DNA from: Nitrosopumilus sp.
GTDB taxonomy: Archaea > Thermoproteota > Nitrososphaeria > Nitrososphaerales > Nitrosopumilaceae
Assembly (NCBI GenBank): GCA_965238275.1
Contig: OZ250186.1
Location: 992,001-1,056,000 of the forward strand
Length of the DNA stretch: 64,000 nucleotides
Reading direction: 5' to 3'
Part shown: positions 39,142-48,913 of the stretch, piece after piece
Layout of the letters: every line of letters starts with the position of its first letter
How positions within the stretch are numbered: the stretch's first letter is position 1
The notes under the pieces: model-generated
Database searches by the model: none
Told to the model about the DNA's origin: nothing
Seen by the model: only the letters and a program-made list of their open reading frames with translations
Made by a program: the position numbers and the translations under genes

Positions 39142-40661
39142 CTAGCTGTCGCCTGAGGCGGATGGGGAGAATGACGATGACGATGCCTGAACAAGGTGAT
39201 CAAAAAAACTCCGGTTGTTTATCCAGTCGGTCAGTTTGATGGTAAACAGGACCGAGTTGGCCTCCATTCCCTTTACAGAACGGTTTCCTCCCCCGTCGTT
39301 TCTTACTGCCACCACCTTTCTGTTGGCCCTCTCGCAGGGATTGTTGGTGGGTGATATGTCTCCCTTCTTGTGGCGCAGAAACGTGGTCAGGAAATCGCGT
39401 TCCCGCCTGAACCTCTTTTGATACCTGTTTATGATGCCCTTTTCGCCGTCCCCGTGTTCCCGACTCATCAGGCTGGATAATTCCGCATCAAACCGGTCGG
39501 CTGCGGCAATCCTCTTTTCCCTGTCCGTGGTTTCATCGGCCTTGTGGAGTCTTTTGAGTATAGCAAGGCCGTCCTTGAGGAACCTAGTGGCATCCTTGCC
39601 GGGATCCTGGTACTTGAGATCCCTCTTCATTATGCGCATCTGATGCCACAGGCACATCTGGTGGTTCGTGCCCACGTGCAGCCATGCAGTATGCGAGTCG
39701 TGTATGGTGATGCCCTTGAACCCGGGCAGGAATTCCTTGAGTGCCTTGATGCTGCGCGACTTTGAGACCTCCATCAGGCAGCTGTCCTTTCCCAGAGCAG
39801 TCAGGACAAATCCCTTGGCGTCGCCAACCGGCCACCACAGCTCGTCGCACCCCCGGTTATCCTCTGCCAGTATGCCCTTTCTGATGGATTGGTGCTCCGG
39901 GGCCAGCCTCTCGCTTGTGCGGATCTTGTTTCGGTATGCGCTGGAGCGCGACATCTTTACCTTCAGAGCATCGCGGCTGGTCTCTGCTGCCTTGCCGTGA
40001 GAGATTCCGTTTATGTTGAGGTGGGTCATGAGTGCGGTGTGGTTTGAGGACGTGCGCGCATACGGCATGGCGTCTGGCACCTTGCCTGATACCTGCTTTT
40101 TGCATCTCCTGCAGTACCTCCTCTTGATGACGTACCTTACGTTCTCTATGACGAATCGCAGCACCCTGACTACCCGGTCGTACTCATCAGTAACCCCGGA
40201 GAGGCAGTCGCCGCCGCAGTGGGACACTCTTTGCAGTCGACAGTCTCGTCCCTGTCTATGTCTTCTGGCCTCATGTTGATGGTGGCCTTTTGCCCCTTTG
40301 GCCTGCCCCGCTTGCCGGATGATTTCCGGTCAGATACAGTAACTGTCCGGATTCTGTTGACTGTCAAATTGAGCCGCTTGTTTAATCCTGCGTATTTCTC
40401 CTTCTCCATCTCGGCGTCCTCCCTGGCCTTCAGGCATTCCCGGACAAGGTATTCATTTGAGCCAGTCACGGCCGGAGGGTTTTCCGGCATGCCCGCAGTT
40501 TTGGCAACTGCATCCAGCAGTGTGTCAAATACGGCCTTCCGGTATGAGCAGCACTTGCAGTCCTGCCTGTTGCACGGCCTGGCATCCGGCGAGGCTTGTT
40601 CAATCTGGGTTTGAACAACAGATGTACCACCATGGTTTTTTGACACATTCCAACTGGGCAA
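39142..40661 (-). pseudogene. IS66 transposase (TnpC-like), split by one frameshift near 40222
   Basis: GRPKGQK linker; zinc ribbon ECP[H]CGG restored by adding one C; GCDE, IHDSH and TNNPCERANR catalytic motifs. Confidence 0.85.
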
Positions 40662-40730
40662 CCACTAGCATATGGATCTTTATGATTCATAGAATTATAA
40701 TTTTTAAAGAGGAGATCCCAACAATCCAGT

Positions 40731-40964
40731 ATGAGGCTGCTGACCAGACCCACCCGTCGGATCAAGGGCAAGGTGTACAAGACATGGTACGTCACCCTGC
40801 GCATCAAGACCGTAGATGAGCTGGGATGGTCATGGGGACAATATCTGGATACTGAAGTCAACGGAGACGCCCTGATCATACGGCCGCGTAGCCAGCCACA
40901 GAATGCGTCGGCGATGGTACAGACAGATGAAACTGAAGATGCTTCAGACGGCACCAAACAATGA
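40731..40964 (+). CDS. AbrB/MazE/SpoVT-like small DNA-binding protein inside the IS66
   Basis: YVTLRIKTVDELGWSWGQYLDTEVNGDALIIRP swapped-hairpin pattern. Confidence 0.7.
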   Translation: MRLLTRPTRRIKGKVYKTWYVTLRIKTVDELGWSWGQYLDTEVNGDALIIRPRSQPQNASAMVQTDETEDASDGTKQ

Positions 40965-41033
40965 TGCAGTTTATGAATTATTTTTGGTAGAAACCAATTG
41001 GACTGACTGCTGGCACTTCAAAAAGCGAAACAC

Positions 41034-41915
41034 TTACGGAGTTGTCGGGATTGCGATGAATGGCGTTCCGCCCTCACCTACTACAAGTGGTAGTTTTCCA
41101 TCCCATGCCTTTGTCTTGAGCCATTCAATGTAGTTTGGATTTGTAGCCAGTGCGTCATTGATGATGGCTATGGCTTCTGCCTCTCCCTTTGCCTCTGCGA
41201 TGTTTGCATTTGCAAGACCTACGGCGTTGGCCTCTCTCTGTCTTGCCTCTACCTCGATTCTTCTAAGGTCGTTTTCTGCCTTGAGGGCCTTTTGCTCTGC
41301 CTCCACCTTTGCCTCTATTGCCTGCGAGAACAATGGCGAGAACTCAAAGTCGGTAATCGATATAACCTCGGTTACCACTTCGAACTGGTTCAGCCTTTCT
41401 CGAATTGATGTCTCTATGTCCTGCTTGACTAGGGGACGTTTTGTAATCAGTTCTTCTGCGTTGTAGTTGGCCGTTACCTGCTTAACTGTCTCCTCAATCG
41501 CGGGCTGGATAACCCTGTTTTCATAGTCCAGTCCCAGATTCTTGTATAGGCGGTGTATTGACTCCTTGTCCGGATGGTAGTTTACAGTTACAGTAGTCTC
41601 TACTGTCTGCAGATCCTTTGATGCGCTTCTGGAGTTCTTTTCATACTTTAACGTACGAACCTCAATGTTGACTACCTCGTCCTGAAATGGCACTACAAAA
41701 TGCAGCCCCTCATCAAGCGGAGGATTTGCCACATCCACTGCGTTCCAGTGTAGGAGGACGCCCCTGTGCCCCGAATCTACAATCTTTACTGATGCAAATA
41801 CTGCAACACCAACTACTATGAGTACTATGATGACTATGGCTACTCCTTTTGCCGCATTCATGTTTACGTTGGCTCCAGGTGTTCTGTATCTTGACAATTG
41901 TACTTGTGTGGACAC
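41034..41915 (-). CDS. Prohibitin/SPFH (band 7) family protein
   Basis: TM, then VDSGHRGV, EGLHFVVP, SKDLQTV, AEELITKR, AIEAK, WDGKLP. Confidence 0.92.
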   Translation of the reverse strand: MSTQVQLSRYRTPGANVNMNAAKGVAIVIIVLIVVGVAVFASVKIVDSGHRGVLLHWNAVDVANPPLDEGLHFVVPFQDEVVNIEVRTLKYEKNSRSASKDLQTVETTVTVNYHPDKESIHRLYKNLGLDYENRVIQPAIEETVKQVTANYNAEELITKRPLVKQDIETSIRERLNQFEVVTEVISITDFEFSPLFSQAIEAKVEAEQKALKAENDLRRIEVEARQREANAVGLANANIAEAKGEAEAIAIINDALATNPNYIEWLKTKAWDGKLPLVVGEGGTPFIAIPTTP

Positions 41916-42093
41916 ATCCCTCTATTATATCATCGCTAGTGACGGGCGTGCATGCCCAGGCCGCCTCCAAAATCAGGCACGTCCATTTGCATGATTCATG
42001 CCCGGACAGATCCCGTAGGCTGGATTTTGTAAATGTGGAGAACGCCCGGCGGGCATATCAACAGATTTATCCCATGACTGCATACGGCTGGTA

Positions 42094-42571
42094 ATGGAGC
42101 ACGACTTTATCTGGGCGTACATGCTCATATTTCTGGCAATCCCGCTCTGGCATCCCGCTTGCAAGAATCATTCCCAGACTGCTGTCCCGAAGAGCCCGGG
42201 GTGACCGCTACCCGGACATTGGGCAGAAATCAGACCCCAAGGCGTCCAGAGGGGAGCCGGAGCCGTCAAGGTATGAAGATCCCTCCGGATATGAAGACCC
42301 CTCGGGGAACGATACTGAAAGGCGCCAAAAGATGCCAGAGCCATCCAAGCCGCAGACAAAAGAGATGATCGTTCTTGGCGAGCTTCACAGGGGAGCCAGA
42401 ACCTTTGAGAGCATTCAGAAGAATACGGGCATGGACGGCGGTGTTCTTGAGGGGATTCTTGAGAAACTGGAGAAAGACGGTCTGCTAAAGGTGGTCCAAA
42501 GACAGCGCATGCTTGGTTCCAGAGTCGAGCTGCATCCCACTGACAAGGGGTTCAGGAAGTACTACTCCTAG
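42094..42571 (+). pseudogene. Membrane-anchored winged-HTH protein, frameshifted by a 13-nt tandem duplication
   Basis: Removing ctggcatcccgct (42147-42159) joins MEHDFIWAYMLIFLAIPLARIIPRLL... in frame to the wHTH ORF 42332-42571. Confidence 0.7.
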
Positions 42572-42697
42572 TCGTGTGGCTCGTACCGGATGACAAGGCC
42601 GCTACGTGTTCCTGTCCAACAAACATGATGCAGTGCCTGCAGGGATTGACCGGGGCGTGGAAAACATCATGTATATTTCTCCCTGAATGATTTTGTA

Positions 42698-42812
42698 TGC
42701 CGGGGGCGGGTTTCGAACCCGCGACCTCCAGATTATGAGTATTGCCTTAGTTGGAGAAACCCTGGAGTTTGCCAATCAAGCTGGCACTCTAACCAGGCTG
42801 AGCTACCCCGGC
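42698..42812 (-). tRNA. tRNA-Met(CAT), probably elongator, with a 40-nt intron at non-canonical position about 30/31
   Basis: GCCGGGG/CCCCGGC acceptor stem and GTTCGAAAC T-loop; removing 42741-42780 gives CCAGA-CTCATAA-TCTGG. Confidence 0.88.
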
Positions 42813-42947
42813 ACGTTACTTGTGTGAATCCATGGGGAATTAAATGCTACGACTGACAATCCGCTGGGGCCAAAATCACATAACTTTACCCATCATGCGT
42901 CTGACCCTCTAATGTATTCATTCGGGAATCTCTGGCCATTCTAATTT

Positions 42948-44813
42948 CTAGTTTCGAACCCACAGGAATTTCTTTTGCAGGGCCGACGTGTACATCTTCT
43001 CCCATTCCACACTAGTCCATTCATTGAACGTGCGGGGATCGATATAGTTTCGAAGGGACGTGCCAAGGTTGTAGTCTTTGGTCTTCTCTACCAATTCGAT
43101 CTGCATCTCTATCTTCTTGATCTGCATCCTGTATCTTTCCTTCTGCTCTCTGATCTGTTTGTTCAGCATCCTGATTCTTTTGTTCTTGTTCTTCTTCTGG
43201 ATGTCTGTCTTTGGCTCATTGGATCTTACATTTGCCAGCCTCTCCTCAGTCTTTTCCCATGGCTTTTCTTTCTTCTTGTCATTGAGACGGCCCCTCTTTT
43301 TTTGCAGTGACTCCTCAAACGTCTTGGGAATGGTTCTCTTGTGGTTGCATTTTTTGGCAGCCTCAAGGTTTGCCAGTTTTGCATGATGAATCTTCACATC
43401 TGCATTCATTTCCCTTGTTGTATCCAGTTTTGCAAGATAATCCTTGACAACCTTGGTGGCAAGATATGTCCTGAATACCTTGGCAGTCATTCCCGGTACT
43501 ATTTTTGAATAGTATGCATTGACCTGTCTTGATCTGATCTTCCCAAAGATCTTATCCTTTGGCTTCTTCTTGCCAATTATCCTCTTGAGATTCTCCTGAA
43601 ACTGCTTGTCATCACCTTCTGCCTTTACCGTCTCCTGCCATCTTACGCTGTCCTTTCCAAGAAAATCGAATTTTACTGCATCTTTCGTGATGGAGATGTG
43701 CTCCTTTCTCAGGGTAGTGGCGCCTACCGTGTCTGCCTCATCGGGATCCTTCTCGTCGCCGACCCTCATCGCAGTCCTGTAGATAAGATAACACACAGTG
43801 GCAACCGTGCGGGTTTTTTCATCCTTGCTTTTCATGTCACGTACCATACTGTTCCATATCTTGTCAATCTCCTCTCCCAGCATTGTTGCCTTGTCGTATT
43901 TTTCCTTGTCCTTATCCTGCTTTACTCCGGCAGTGTCTGCAAGCCACACATACTTTGTATTTCCTGTAAGGTAGTCTGTCCACTTGGCAAGCCATGTCGC
44001 ATCGTTCTGGGAGACAATCTTGCCCCAATCTCCCTTGGGCACCTCGGCCTTTTTTCCAAGGTTCAGCGTCACATCCTTGAAGTCAATCCGCGGCTTCCAC
44101 CTGCCCCTGAGCGGATGATCGCCCCTTCCGATGAATATTCCAGGCGGCTCTGCCATGTAGTTTGCAATATCCACCTTTTTTCCATCCATGACGGCAGTGC
44201 CGTATTTCTTTTTCAATTTATCCCGTTCTGCATTCTTTTCCCTTACACGCGCCGCTCTCTCTTCTTCTTTCTTTTTTACCAGCGCCGCTCTCTCTTCTTC
44301 TTTCTTTTTTACCAGCGCCGCTCTCTCTTCCTTTATTTTCTTTGCAAATGCCTTTTTTTCCTCCTTTGCCATCTTTGCCATGGCTTCCTTTTCCTCCTCC
44401 CTCTTCTTTGTGCGCGCCTTCTTTTCCTCCTCCCTCTTCTTTGTGCGCGCCTTCTTTTCCTCCTCCCTCTTCTTTGTGCGCGCCTTCTTTTCCTCCTCTT
44501 TCTTCCTCTCCCGTTCCGCCTTTTCCTTGTCAACTATCTCGTAGGCGTCCGAAAAATCGATATCCTTGTAGGATACCTTCCTGAATTTCCGGTTCAGGAT
44601 TTTGGCAAAATCCATTGTAAAGTTTTTTTGAAACACACTGTCTTGCACATACGGGGTGTCCTTCTTTTTTGCCCACTGGTAGATCATCTCTTCCTGTTTG
44701 ATGTCAAGGTCCACCTCCTCTCCACCAATCCTTATCTTGATCCGGCGGGACTTGTATGGCGGCGGGAATCGTATTCCGTTATGCTGCAGGGTTTTCCATT
44801 TCATTCTCTTCAA
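42948..44813 (-). CDS. DNA topoisomerase IB (eukaryote-type) with a Lys/Glu-rich repeat insertion
   Basis: KWKTLQHNG, EPPGIFIGRGDHP, MRVGDEKD, FDFLGKDS, AKVFRTY, CNHKR, catalytic LGTSLRNYIDPR. Confidence 0.95.
   Translation of the reverse strand: MKRMKWKTLQHNGIRFPPPYKSRRIKIRIGGEEVDLDIKQEEMIYQWAKKKDTPYVQDSVFQKNFTMDFAKILNRKFRKVSYKDIDFSDAYEIVDKEKAERERKKEEEKKARTKKREEEKKARTKKREEEKKARTKKREEEKEAMAKMAKEEKKAFAKKIKEERAALVKKKEEERAALVKKKEEERAARVREKNAERDKLKKKYGTAVMDGKKVDIANYMAEPPGIFIGRGDHPLRGRWKPRIDFKDVTLNLGKKAEVPKGDWGKIVSQNDATWLAKWTDYLTGNTKYVWLADTAGVKQDKDKEKYDKATMLGEEIDKIWNSMVRDMKSKDEKTRTVATVCYLIYRTAMRVGDEKDPDEADTVGATTLRKEHISITKDAVKFDFLGKDSVRWQETVKAEGDDKQFQENLKRIIGKKKPKDKIFGKIRSRQVNAYYSKIVPGMTAKVFRTYLATKVVKDYLAKLDTTREMNADVKIHHAKLANLEAAKKCNHKRTIPKTFEESLQKKRGRLNDKKKEKPWEKTEERLANVRSNEPKTDIQKKNKNKRIRMLNKQIREQKERYRMQIKKIEMQIELVEKTKDYNLGTSLRNYIDPRTFNEWTSVEWEKMYTSALQKKFLWVRN
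44245..44500 (-). repeat. Coding tandem repeats in TopoIB (33-bp REEEKKARTKK and 30-bp EERAALVKKK-type units)
   Basis: Repeated ttttcctcctccctcttctttgtgcgcgccttc and agcgccgctctctcttc blocks. Confidence 0.9.
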
Positions 44814-45121
44814 TTTCGATCCTGTGTATGTATATCAACTTAACGTAAAACGTCAAAATAACGCATGGTTACTCCACAAGTGGCGAAAATCCTGGTGCTC
44901 TTGTGGTAGCATGCCTGAAGACGCATGCTGGATCGGCTTACATCACATCATGATGCCGTGCACCCAATTCTGGCGCCATACAAATTCACCCTGCTGTGGA
45001 AAAACATCCAAAACGGTGCGTTTTTCTGTCCGTTGTACGCATCATGTAAAATTCAGGCACAGGCCCACTACTGGATTTTTCGTGCCTATAAGCCAGATTG
45101 GACTAAATTTTTTCCGCGGCA

Positions 45122-45949
45122 CTACCTGGGAAAGAGTTCCTTGCTCATGTATTCTTCAAACTCCAAATCCGTCTTTCCCTCCTTTGCCTGCATGAACATG
45201 GCCGCATCCGCCCCTATCAGGTATCTTGGCAGCATCTTTTGATCATGAATCGCCTTTAAGACGGTCTCTGCAACCTGCGCAGGAGGCGTTCCCATCTCTA
45301 TCATCATTTTTAGACCCATCTGTATGTGGTCAGTCAGTTTCTTGTACTTGGGATCCATGCTCGAGTCCGGCGTTTTCATGGCATCAAGAAAGTTTGTCTT
45401 GACTACTCCTGGCTCAATCAGCGTTGTCCTGATTCCAAACTGGCCAAGCTCATACCTGAGACATTCCCCCAACCCCTCAAGTGCAAACTTTGAACTGATG
45501 TATGCCGGAAAGCCGGGCAGGCCCATTCTTCCTGCAACCGAACTGATGTTTACTATGTCCCCTGAACCCTGTCTTCTCATGACAGGGGCTACTTCCTGAA
45601 TGATTCGCACAATGCTAAAAAAATTCGTCTCAAACTGCCTTCTAAAATCGTCCGTTGATATCTCTTCTGTGCATCCAAACTGTGCATATCCGGCATTATT
45701 TACCAGCACATCGATCCTCTGACAGTCATCCAGGATCTTTCCAATTGCAGACACCACCGATTCCTCCTTGGTTACATCCATCTCGATGATGTTGATTGGA
45801 AGGCCCTCATTCACAGCAGATTCCAGCCCTGAGGATTTTTTGGTATCCCTCATGCTTGCAAACGTATTGTATCCGTCCCTTGCAAGTGCCAGCACCGTCT
45901 TCAATCCTATTCCTGACGAACTTCCTGTCACAAGGGCTACCTTTTCCAT
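45122..45949 (-). CDS. Short-chain dehydrogenase/reductase
   Basis: TGSSSGIG, DVLVNNAG, NISS, YISSK, IEPG. Confidence 0.93.
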   Translation of the reverse strand: MEKVALVTGSSSGIGLKTVLALARDGYNTFASMRDTKKSSGLESAVNEGLPINIIEMDVTKEESVVSAIGKILDDCQRIDVLVNNAGYAQFGCTEEISTDDFRRQFETNFFSIVRIIQEVAPVMRRQGSGDIVNISSVAGRMGLPGFPAYISSKFALEGLGECLRYELGQFGIRTTLIEPGVVKTNFLDAMKTPDSSMDPKYKKLTDHIQMGLKMMIEMGTPPAQVAETVLKAIHDQKMLPRYLIGADAAMFMQAKEGKTDLEFEEYMSKELFPR

Positions 45950-46595
45950 GGGTATGCTGTTACCTTGCCATATTATGCTGTTTCGGGTTGTTGCAGTACG
46001 GCTGCTATGGACAAAACAAGCAAAGCTATGCGGCGCATGCCATGACATTCAAAGGAATGGCGGTCTGCTGGTAATACTTCCGGACGAACTCGCCACCTAC
46101 CACCAAAGTCACTGTAAACATGTATGAAAAAGAGCAGGATGCAGGCAGTTATTTTATTGTTCATAGCCCAACTCTCAACGATGTAGAAAATAACAGTGGA
46201 TTTAACGACAGTGCAGATGCCAATAATATAACATGATAAAAAAATCCAACATTCTTTTTTATTTTTTATATTAATATTTTTAAAAATAAGAGATGGAGAG
46301 TCAACACGTGATTATCCTTGGTTACAATCCTCAATTTTAGATTACATCCAGAGCATACAAGAAAAGAACCGTTGGATCTGCAAGAAAATATCCTTGTAGT
46401 AATTTCGGAGGGTTCTGACGATATTAGAAATTATGCGTAATTGATTCTTTTTCTAAATCCTCAAAAATGCGCTAAAACCCTGGTCAAAATCTGTATGCCT
46501 CCAGGCGCATGCCTGAAAATTGGCCATAACATGCATCCATTTAGGCTCTGGTGGATTTTGGTGCTCAGATCACAAAAATTTACCAGATCCCCGGC

Positions 46596-47357
46596 CTATT
46601 CCCCGGAGAGATCCCAATATGTGGCGTCTTCCTGTTTGACGGTAGGGCGTTTTCGGCTCTTCCATTCGCGGAACGATTTTGAGTAAAGCCTTGGGTTTGC
46701 GCCTATTGAGCGCAGTGCGTAATATGCAAGCCCTGAGAGCGTTCCTGCACTCCCACAATACGTTATTACTGAGGATTGTGGCGTGATGCTGCGGTTCCCA
46801 AAGATCCTCAGTAGTTCCTCCTTGTCTCGCAGCACGTTATCTCCGTCTGCCAGCATGCGGTACGGCACGTTGACCGCGTTGGGTATGTGGGATTCGAGAA
46901 AGTTCAGTCTTTCACGGTTGTCAAGCAGCATAGTGCCTTCCGGATGCGCCTCAACATCCTCCAACACGGCCAGGATGGCCGTGTTCGGTTTTACCTCAAA
47001 TCTTGCCGGCGTGACAGCAGGCTCGTCTCCTGCAACAGGCTGCGTGCCAAGCTTCTTCCAGCCCGAATAGGTCTTGTCCAGCAGGGAAACTGCCGGATGG
47101 CCTGCAAGCTCCAGCGTCCATGCGACCCTGGATGCGATCGCCCCATAGGTGTCATCATACACCACAACCGGGTTGTCTGTTCCAACGCCGGCAGAAGATG
47201 AAACCTCGCCTACCTTGGCAGGCGTCTCGTCTGCAATCAGTTCCTTAAGCGGCAGACTGACTGCTCCGGGAATATGACCTTTCAAATAATCGTCTTTTCG
47301 ACGGGAATCGACTATTGTGGCGCCAATGGCATCCGCTATGCTAGTGGTTGCTCTCAT
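46596..47357 (-). CDS. Two-domain rhodanese/sulfurtransferase
   Basis: Y.KGHIPGA, VVVYD, SHIPNA, ITYCGSAG. Confidence 0.9.
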   Translation of the reverse strand: MRATTSIADAIGATIVDSRRKDDYLKGHIPGAVSLPLKELIADETPAKVGEVSSSAGVGTDNPVVVYDDTYGAIASRVAWTLELAGHPAVSLLDKTYSGWKKLGTQPVAGDEPAVTPARFEVKPNTAILAVLEDVEAHPEGTMLLDNRERLNFLESHIPNAVNVPYRMLADGDNVLRDKEELLRIFGNRSITPQSSVITYCGSAGTLSGLAYYALRSIGANPRLYSKSFREWKSRKRPTVKQEDATYWDLSGE

Positions 47358-47423
47358 GTTGCATGCTAGTCAAACTTTTTAATAATGGTTACGAAATCCT
47401 CAATATCCCTGATATGGTTTGTT

Positions 47424-47702
47424 TACACTGGTCCGGTTCCCGCTAGAATAGGAACGATCAGCATTGCACACTTTTTAGCCGTGTCAAGGGAGGTGCAACA
47501 TGGCTGACAAGAAGACAAGGTGGAGCACAAACGAGAAGATCCGGATTGTGTTACAGACATTCAATCCGGAGACCAAGGCTGCCAGATGAGTTTACCCAAT
47601 GCTGGGAGGTGATAAACCCAAAGGAGGTAGCAAACAGATAATGAGAGCAAAGTGTGCAGAAAATGTTGCAAAAAACTATCCTAAAGACAGGGGACCACTC
47701 CA
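47424..47702 (+). mobile_element. Internally deleted IS3-family relic
   Basis: OrfA-like start MADKKTRWSTNEKIRIVLQT fused to a right-end segment ending CCACTCCA, homologous to revcomp of 48441-48570; left boundary approximate. Confidence 0.65.
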
Positions 47703-47872
47703 AATACTGCGTGGATTTTGCCATTTTGTAGAAGATCCGCATTCAGACCCCATGCAGGATGGCGTTTTCGATCGAGCATCAGTACAAAAGTGAGGATACT
47801 CAGTCACCACCCGCGTTTGCAGAAGAACCCCTAGTTCTTAATCTTTTTTAGGATGCAGCATGCATGAGATGC

Positions 47873-48004
47873 ATGTCAGATACAAGGCAAGTGGATGACC
47901 TGACCCCTGAGGAGATCAAGGATATTGAGGAATTCAGAAACGGCGATCACGATGGGAAAACAAGAACTCTTCAAGAACTTTTAGAAGAACTCAACGAACA
48001 ATAA
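47873..48004 (+). CDS. Small acidic putative antitoxin (43 aa)
   Basis: MSDTRQVDDLTPEEIKDIEEFRNG...LQELLEELNEQ*; its stop overlaps the ATG of the RelE-like gene. Confidence 0.65.
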   Translation: MSDTRQVDDLTPEEIKDIEEFRNGDHDGKTRTLQELLEELNEQ

Positions 48005-48323
48005 TGTGGGATTTTACCGCGAGTCCAAATTTTTGAAACAGTTCAAAACACTGGATTTGCAAACAAGAAAACGTGTCAATAAGGCATTAGACGAACTTGC
48101 CAATTCTGAAAACCCTTCTGATTCAGGCCCCGCACCACGAGCAGGAACGAGTGGGAGTTTCCCGACATTTACAACGCCTGGGCGCTGGTCCGCCAAACCC
48201 GGCATGCGAGTTTTTGCATACCCTGTTGGGAAATACAGAATACTCTTTAGCATAAGATATTTTGAAAACACGATAGACTTGATGCGTGTCTGTGACCACA
48301 AGTCAGTATACAACAAAGACTAG
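48004..48323 (+). CDS. RelE/ParE-family toxin with a probable early frameshift and a foreign internal insert
   Basis: FLKQFKTLD...RVNKALDEL..SENP...VGKYRILF...V.DHKSVY; ATG 48004 is out of frame by one T in a T-run (alternative GTG start at 48006). Confidence 0.7.
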
Positions 48324-48440
48324 GCCTCTAAGTTTTTCCTGACTGAGCCTGCTGACCCAAACCCGCTTCATCCATGAGTCATGGGTCGACTCAGCGGACG
48401 GGTATGCAGTACAGTCCTTCAAGTAGGAAAAATAATGAAT

Positions 48441-48913
48441 TGGAGTGGATTCTTGTTTTTGGAACCGTTTTTGGCAATATTTTGTTCACACTTTTTACTC
48501 TCATTATCTGTTTGCCACCTCCTCTGGATTCATCTTCACCCAGTGTTTTGCAAGCTCGTCGGGCGTCATGTATCCCATGGCAGAGTGAATCCTGTGCCGG
48601 TTGTAGTATGCAAACGTCTCAAGGAGTACCATCTTGACCTGTCTTGCATCCCTGAATTCGTGCGGCTAGATGTATCCCTTTTTGAGTGTCTTGTGGAACG
48701 ATTCTATGTGTCCGTTTTGTTGAGGTATGCTGAAATGGATGTACTCTAGCTTTGCGCCAAGCACGTCAACGGATTTTCTAAAGTCCCTGCTGGTGTACTG
48801 GGAGTCATTGTCTACCCTTATGGTCATCTTGGATGGTTCAGGACAGTGTGCTACTATGGCGTTGGTGATGGACAAGACTGCACCATACCTGGCATGTTTG
48901 GGAACATTCCTGC
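48441..48913 (-). pseudogene. IS3-family transposase (integrase core) 3' relic with right end
   Basis: DNDSQYTS, PQQNGHIESFHKTLK, in-frame stop, then YN.HRIHSAMGYMTP; terminal TGGAGTGG. Confidence 0.85.

Larger units (their letters stand above)
39004..41037 (-). mobile_element. IS66-family insertion sequence with both ends
   Basis: TIRs GTAACCGTTTCGCTTTTTGAAGTG (39004-39027) and GTAAGTGTTTCGCTTTTTGAAGTG (revcomp of 41014-41037), 22/24 identical; perfect 8-bp TSD GGAGTTGT (38996-39003 and 41038-41045). Confidence 0.95.

Noticed and set aside
40215-40230. Programmed frameshift in the IS66 transposase
   Set aside because: No clear slippery heptamer; a single missing C in a C-run is better explained by mutation or sequencing error.
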